From: Promethearchaeia archaeon
Lineage (GTDB): Archaea; Asgardarchaeota; Lokiarchaeia; Sigyniarchaeales; SOKP01
Direction of reading: 5' to 3'
DNA: 32,000 nucleotides
Assembly (NCBI GenBank): GCA_046497275.1
Contig: JAWOFX010000001.1
Location: 1-32,000, forward strand
Made by a program: the position numbers and the translations under genes. Within the stretch, counting starts at the first letter, position 1, and the number at the start of each line of letters is the position of its first letter. This document shows, piece by piece, positions 27,832 through 32,000 of the stretch. The notes beneath the pieces were generated by a model. That model made no database searches, was not told the DNA's origin, and saw nothing but the letters and a program-made list of their open reading frames with translations.

Positions 27832-28701
27832 GTGAATCCTATGAGCTATGGACATATGGATTTTGAGTATATAGATTCACATGTTCACCTTTTTCCACCT
27901 AAAATTTTCAAGGCAATTTGGGAATTTTTTGAACGTAGAGATGTGGATGGAAAGATTAGAGGGTGGCCAGTTAAATATAAACTTCCGATAAAAAACTTGG
28001 TGGAATTTATAGCGGAGCAAAATGTAAAGTATTTTACAACATATAATTATGCCCATAAGAGAGGGTTTGCTGAATATATAAATGAGTGGATTCATGAATT
28101 TGCTCTTAGTCATAAAAATGCAATTCCTTTTGGATGTGTGTGGCCAGAAGATAAAAATCGTTTTGATTATATTAAAAAAATATTTGATGTTTATGGATTC
28201 CAAGGGATTAAAATACAACCATTAGTTCAGAAATTCTATCCATTTGATGAACGATTAGATAAAATTTACAAATTAATAGTAGATAGAGGGAAATGGGTTA
28301 CTATTCACGCAGGTACAGCTCCATATAGAAATAAATACGTGGGATACAAGAATTTTGTAAAATTAATCAAACGTTATCCCAATATGAACATCATTGTAGC
28401 TCATATGGGGGCATTTGAATACCAGAAATTTTTACAAATTTTAAACAAATATGAGAATCTCTATTTAGATACGACCATGATATTTATACCAGATAATATT
28501 TTTCCCGAAAGAAAAGTAAAGCAGCCAACAAAAGAGCAGTTAATATCTTATCAAGATAGAATACTGTTCGGGAGCGATTTCCCTAATATTCCATATGAGT
28601 ACAAATACTCCACCCAAGGATTATTAGAGTTTGATTTATCTCGCAATTTTTATGAGAATATTTTTTTCAATAATGCAAAAAAAATCTTTCAAATAAGTTA
28701 A
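27832..28701 (+). CDS. Amidohydrolase family (TIM-barrel metal-dependent hydrolase)
   Basis: DSHVH, GIKIQP, IHAG, AHMG, YLDT, FGSDFP. Alternative ATG starts at 27841 and 27856. Confidence 0.9.
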   Translation: MNPMSYGHMDFEYIDSHVHLFPPKIFKAIWEFFERRDVDGKIRGWPVKYKLPIKNLVEFIAEQNVKYFTTYNYAHKRGFAEYINEWIHEFALSHKNAIPFGCVWPEDKNRFDYIKKIFDVYGFQGIKIQPLVQKFYPFDERLDKIYKLIVDRGKWVTIHAGTAPYRNKYVGYKNFVKLIKRYPNMNIIVAHMGAFEYQKFLQILNKYENLYLDTTMIFIPDNIFPERKVKQPTKEQLISYQDRILFGSDFPNIPYEYKYSTQGLLEFDLSRNFYENIFFNNAKKIFQIS

Positions 28702-28727
28702 ATAATAGAGAAAATATTATTAGAAGT

Positions 28728-29312
28728 TCATGTACTACTTTTTAAGTTCTTTTTTATTCGTACCGCCAACAAATAAAATAATATACTCGCAAATATCCAA
28801 ATTAATTGTGGTAATAAGGTGAAATTATGACCTTGAATCGAGAAGAGACTCGGATTCCACCAATAGGGTATATATTCCCACCCTCCACCTACTATGCTAC
28901 TTAATTCGATGATGAAAGATTGTACTTGTCCCCAGACTTCCAAAATAAGTAGTTCTTTAATATTAAATTTGGAAAAAAAATCATTTTTTGAATATAACCT
29001 TATGAATCCAACACCTATTAGAAATAATCCTCCATCCCAAAGAGAATGAATAATTGAATGAATAGGAAAGGGAGTGAGAGGCTTTGAGTCTGAAAATGTC
29101 GCAATTGGGATTTCTAATTCTCTAGCAAGTCCTAAGGGGATTTCCCATAGTAATCCAATAAGAAACCCAAGAATAAAAAGATAGAAGATGAACTTAGTTA
29201 TCTTTTTTGAAAAATAGAGAATTAGAACAACCACAATAATAAGCCCTGCAATTATGTAATCTATTAAAAAGAAATTTTCACTGAAAAAATTTAAAATATT
29301 TGAAGAGAGCAT
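28728..29312 (-). CDS. Multi-pass membrane protein of unknown function
   Basis: About five hydrophobic segments with polar motifs WEIP, HSLWDGG, GQ..S..IE and WEY..YWWNP; SD GGGGA. Confidence 0.8.
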   Translation of the reverse strand: MLSSNILNFFSENFFLIDYIIAGLIIVVVLILYFSKKITKFIFYLFILGFLIGLLWEIPLGLARELEIPIATFSDSKPLTPFPIHSIIHSLWDGGLFLIGVGFIRLYSKNDFFSKFNIKELLILEVWGQVQSFIIELSSIVGGGWEYIPYWWNPSLFSIQGHNFTLLPQLIWIFASILFYLLAVRIKKNLKSST

Positions 29313-29471
29313 TAAATCCCCTTGTATCTTATAGAATGTTATGTATATCAGTTGTTTAATTGGATAATACTTTCGGTTTTTTAAATATTTTCAATTGGTC
29401 TTAATTAGAATTACTAACCTCTATTAGACACAGTAAGTACTCTAAAAATTAAAAAAGAAAAAAAAGGAAAA

Positions 29472-30245
29472 TTAAACCTCCAGAATAGCCAAACTTAATG
29501 CCATAACAAACATTCCTGCCACAATCCCAATTATTGACCATCTTTCGTTCCCAAAACACTGAGACACGGGTAATAGTTCATCAATCGAAACGTAAACCAT
29601 AATCCCAGCAACAACGGCTAAAAGAGCAGATAATATTAGAGCATTAATGAATGGAAGTAAAATCAATCCAAATATAATTGCTCCCAGAGGCTCGGACATT
29701 CCACTTAGAAAAGCCCAAAAAAATCCTTTCTTTTTACTTTGTGTGGCTTCACATGTTGGAATGGCAACTGCGATTCCTTCTGGGATATTATGAAGAGCTA
29801 TAGCGACGGCAAGGATGATTCCAATCTCAATATTATCGATTGTTCCAACTACGGTTGCCAATCCTTCTGGGAGATTATGAATAAAAATTCCTAAGAAGAC
29901 AAATATGGAAGCTTTCGTTAATCTTTCATCAATAGTACACTCTTTTTTGAAATAATCTTCTTGGAAATGATATTTATGAGTTATTAATATGTCGATCACA
30001 AACATAATTCCCATCCCTACAAAGAAAAAAAGTGATCCAATGAAAATACTGTTAAAAGTAATGATGGCTTCTTGTAGGAGTTCAGTAAACGAGATAAATA
30101 ACATCACTCCCGCAGATAACCCCATAACCATTGATAAAAATTTTGGACCGGGATCTTTATAGAAAAAGGCGATAAGCCCTCCAACTGAGGTGGAAAGCCC
30201 AGCTAAAAAACTTAAAAAAACACCGAATAAAAATGCTCCAATCAT
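29472..30245 (-). CDS. zupT: ZIP-family zinc/divalent metal transporter
   Basis: GLSAGVMLFISF, HNLPEG, HNIPEG, SEPLGA, AGIMVYVSIDELLP. Confidence 0.93.
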   Translation of the reverse strand: MIGAFLFGVFLSFLAGLSTSVGGLIAFFYKDPGPKFLSMVMGLSAGVMLFISFTELLQEAIITFNSIFIGSLFFFVGMGIMFVIDILITHKYHFQEDYFKKECTIDERLTKASIFVFLGIFIHNLPEGLATVVGTIDNIEIGIILAVAIALHNIPEGIAVAIPTCEATQSKKKGFFWAFLSGMSEPLGAIIFGLILLPFINALILSALLAVVAGIMVYVSIDELLPVSQCFGNERWSIIGIVAGMFVMALSLAILEV

Positions 30246-30360
30246 AATGTTTGATTTGTATTATTATAAACTATTTAATCTTTCCTTTATGATCTATTAT
30301 ATATTAATTGTATCAAGACTAATTAAAACAGATCTCATAAAAAATTAAGGAGATTCTCAT

Positions 30361-31380
30361 ATGAATTCTGTGACCGAAAGAGACAAATTATTCTTTTTTG
30401 AGAGACATTTCTTTACTCTGGATGGACTTTGGATGATCGAAGCAGAAAAGAAGCTAGGGTGGGATCTTGCTTTAAAAATAGATACTATTGTGTGGGAAAA
30501 ATTACTTAAAATAATAATTAGAAGATTAAGTGAATATTTGGGTCTAAAAGATAAAACAATTAGCACTATTGTGAAGATTTTAACGTTTCGTTGGACAGTT
30601 GAAGGATGGAAATTTGACTATAATATTAAAAACAAGGAAATTGAATTTCGAATCTCGAAATGTCCTTATAAATCTGCTATGGATAGAAACCCCAAGAGAC
30701 ATGATAGAATACCTTTAATCTGTAGAGATATGTGTATCCCATTTTATAAACATATAATAAACGAATTCAATCCAGATATAAAGATTCAAAGAGAAAAATA
30801 TATGGGGTTGGGAGATAATTTTTGTAATTTTGTTTTAAGTTATAAATCTAATAATTATGATCTAAGTGGCGAAAATATTGAACCAATTAAGAAAATGAAC
30901 GAAAAGGATAAACTTTTCTACTTTGAACGGAATTTTAAGACTATGGATGGACTTTGGATTATTGAGGTCGAGAATCAAACAGATTTCAAAACATCCATAG
31001 AAATGGATACCTTGGTTTGGCAGAGACTGTATCAAATTATTTTCAGAAGAGTTAAAAGGTATTTGAAGATAAAATCTAATGATTTGAATGCTTTGGTTAA
31101 GTTACTTTCATTTATTTGGAGTTGTGAAGGCTATAGCTATGAGATTCGAGAAAAAAAAGAAAAAGAAATTATAATGGAAATACAAAATTGTCCTTATGAG
31201 GAGGCTATGAGAAATAATCCAGAACGTCAAGATAAAATTGATTCTATATGTAAAAATATGTGTGTTCATCTCTACGAGCCAGCATTGAACGACTTTAATC
31301 AACAGATCGAGTTAGAGAGGAAAAAATTCTTAGGAGTTGGAGATGAAATATGCGATTTTCATTTTAGATTGGAAGTATAA
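30361..31380 (+). CDS. Tandem-duplicated DUF6125-like (V4R-like, four-Cys) domain protein
   Basis: Two ~165-aa repeats, each with DGLW..E, W..EG, CPY, IC..MC and G...C.F; SD AAGGAG. Confidence 0.8.
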   Translation: MNSVTERDKLFFFERHFFTLDGLWMIEAEKKLGWDLALKIDTIVWEKLLKIIIRRLSEYLGLKDKTISTIVKILTFRWTVEGWKFDYNIKNKEIEFRISKCPYKSAMDRNPKRHDRIPLICRDMCIPFYKHIINEFNPDIKIQREKYMGLGDNFCNFVLSYKSNNYDLSGENIEPIKKMNEKDKLFYFERNFKTMDGLWIIEVENQTDFKTSIEMDTLVWQRLYQIIFRRVKRYLKIKSNDLNALVKLLSFIWSCEGYSYEIREKKEKEIIMEIQNCPYEEAMRNNPERQDKIDSICKNMCVHLYEPALNDFNQQIELERKKFLGVGDEICDFHFRLEV

Positions 31381-31409
31381 GATCCCTTAAATATAATATA
31401 AGATAAAAA

Positions 31410-31916
31410 TTAATTTAGATTTATAATTTGAACGAATAATGAGTTTTCATAGAGCGTTGTGGCGACATCACCAACAGCAACCCAGATCGATATATTATAT
31501 GTACCAGGTGGAATTGATTGATTATAAAACTGCAAAGTTGCTGATGTTCTAATCGGACTAGTTGATTGTGTGGTCACTCTCGTACGAGCTTCATCTTCTC
31601 CATTAATATGTAATTCTGCAATAATCACGTCAGGATTACTAGTAAATACGTAACAATTGAATAGAACATAAAGGGATGATATCTTCTCAATTGTAGTTTC
31701 AATTGACATAGTATTAATAATATTATATTCTGCTACGGAGGGGGGAACAAATGCACTATCATATTCATAATAATTTATAATTTCTTGACCCGGATCTGTA
31801 GGTTTCAGCCCAAATAATGGAGCCAATGTAGTATCATAAAACACATATCCTCCCAGCCCAAGCCCTAATAGCCCAAAAATCAAACCCAAAATCGTAATTC
31901 CTTTTCCATTTGACAT
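31410..31916 (-). CDS. N-terminally membrane-anchored protein with a beta-rich extracellular domain
   Basis: GKGITILGLIFGLLGLGLGGYVF anchor. The ORF-track GTG at 31925 lies inside the SD AAGGTGA, so ATG at 31916 is preferred. Sequons NQS and NIS. Confidence 0.75.
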   Translation of the reverse strand: MSNGKGITILGLIFGLLGLGLGGYVFYDTTLAPLFGLKPTDPGQEIINYYEYDSAFVPPSVAEYNIINTMSIETTIEKISSLYVLFNCYVFTSNPDVIIAELHINGEDEARTRVTTQSTSPIRTSATLQFYNQSIPPGTYNISIWVAVGDVATTLYENSLFVQIINLN

Positions 31917-32000
31917 TTTTTTCACCTTTATATTTTAAATTGAAATTCATTAAATCTATAAAGAGCTCTTCTAAATAATCTTGTTTTAATAATTTGAAAA

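Noticed and set aside
330-31302. Short ORFs overlapping the main genes (e.g. 330-665, 6244-6516, 12903-13151, 21289-21732, 24316-24603, 27877-28218)
   Set aside because: They lie antisense or out of frame within well-supported genes and have no motifs; treated as shadow ORFs.
1-32000. CRISPR arrays, tRNA/rRNA genes, transposases, selenoprotein read-through or frameshifted pseudogenes
   Set aside because: No regularly spaced repeats, no GC-rich RNA-gene islands, no transposase motifs, and all recognised proteins appear full length.

Overview
AT-rich (roughly 30% GC by eye), gene-dense chromosomal window. Most likely from an Asgard archaeon (Lokiarchaeia/Promethearchaeia-like), inferred from a membrane-anchored longin-like domain protein, archaeal-type GlmM, PurS/Q/L, AOR and ribbon-helix-helix (RHH) proteins, and GGTG/GGAG Shine-Dalgarno (SD) motifs. 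Left to right it contains: a large receptor-like membrane protein with a cytosolic longin-like domain; a GH13 alpha-amylase; an amino-sugar cluster in alternating orientation (stand-alone GlmU acetyltransferase-like protein, glmS, an atypical nagB, glmM); an unknown helical protein; a candidate glycerolipid/ether-lipid module (alkyl-DHAP-synthase-like flavoprotein, CCG Fe-S protein, a glycerol kinase with the animal GK5-type insertion, an alpha/beta hydrolase); a MazG-like pyrophosphatase; purC and purSQL; a patch of small ORFs, two of them Cys/His-rich; padR-hsp20 with a candidate operator and a strong 3' hairpin; aldehyde:ferredoxin oxidoreductase; a CdrS-like RHH protein that may start at ATT; an amidohydrolase; a membrane protein; zupT; a tandem DUF6125-like protein; and a membrane-anchored protein. 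No tRNA, rRNA, CRISPR array, transposase or frameshifted gene was seen. The best candidate for an undescribed system is the AGPS-like/CCG/GK5-like module. All family calls come from motif recognition and recalled reference sequences, not database searches.
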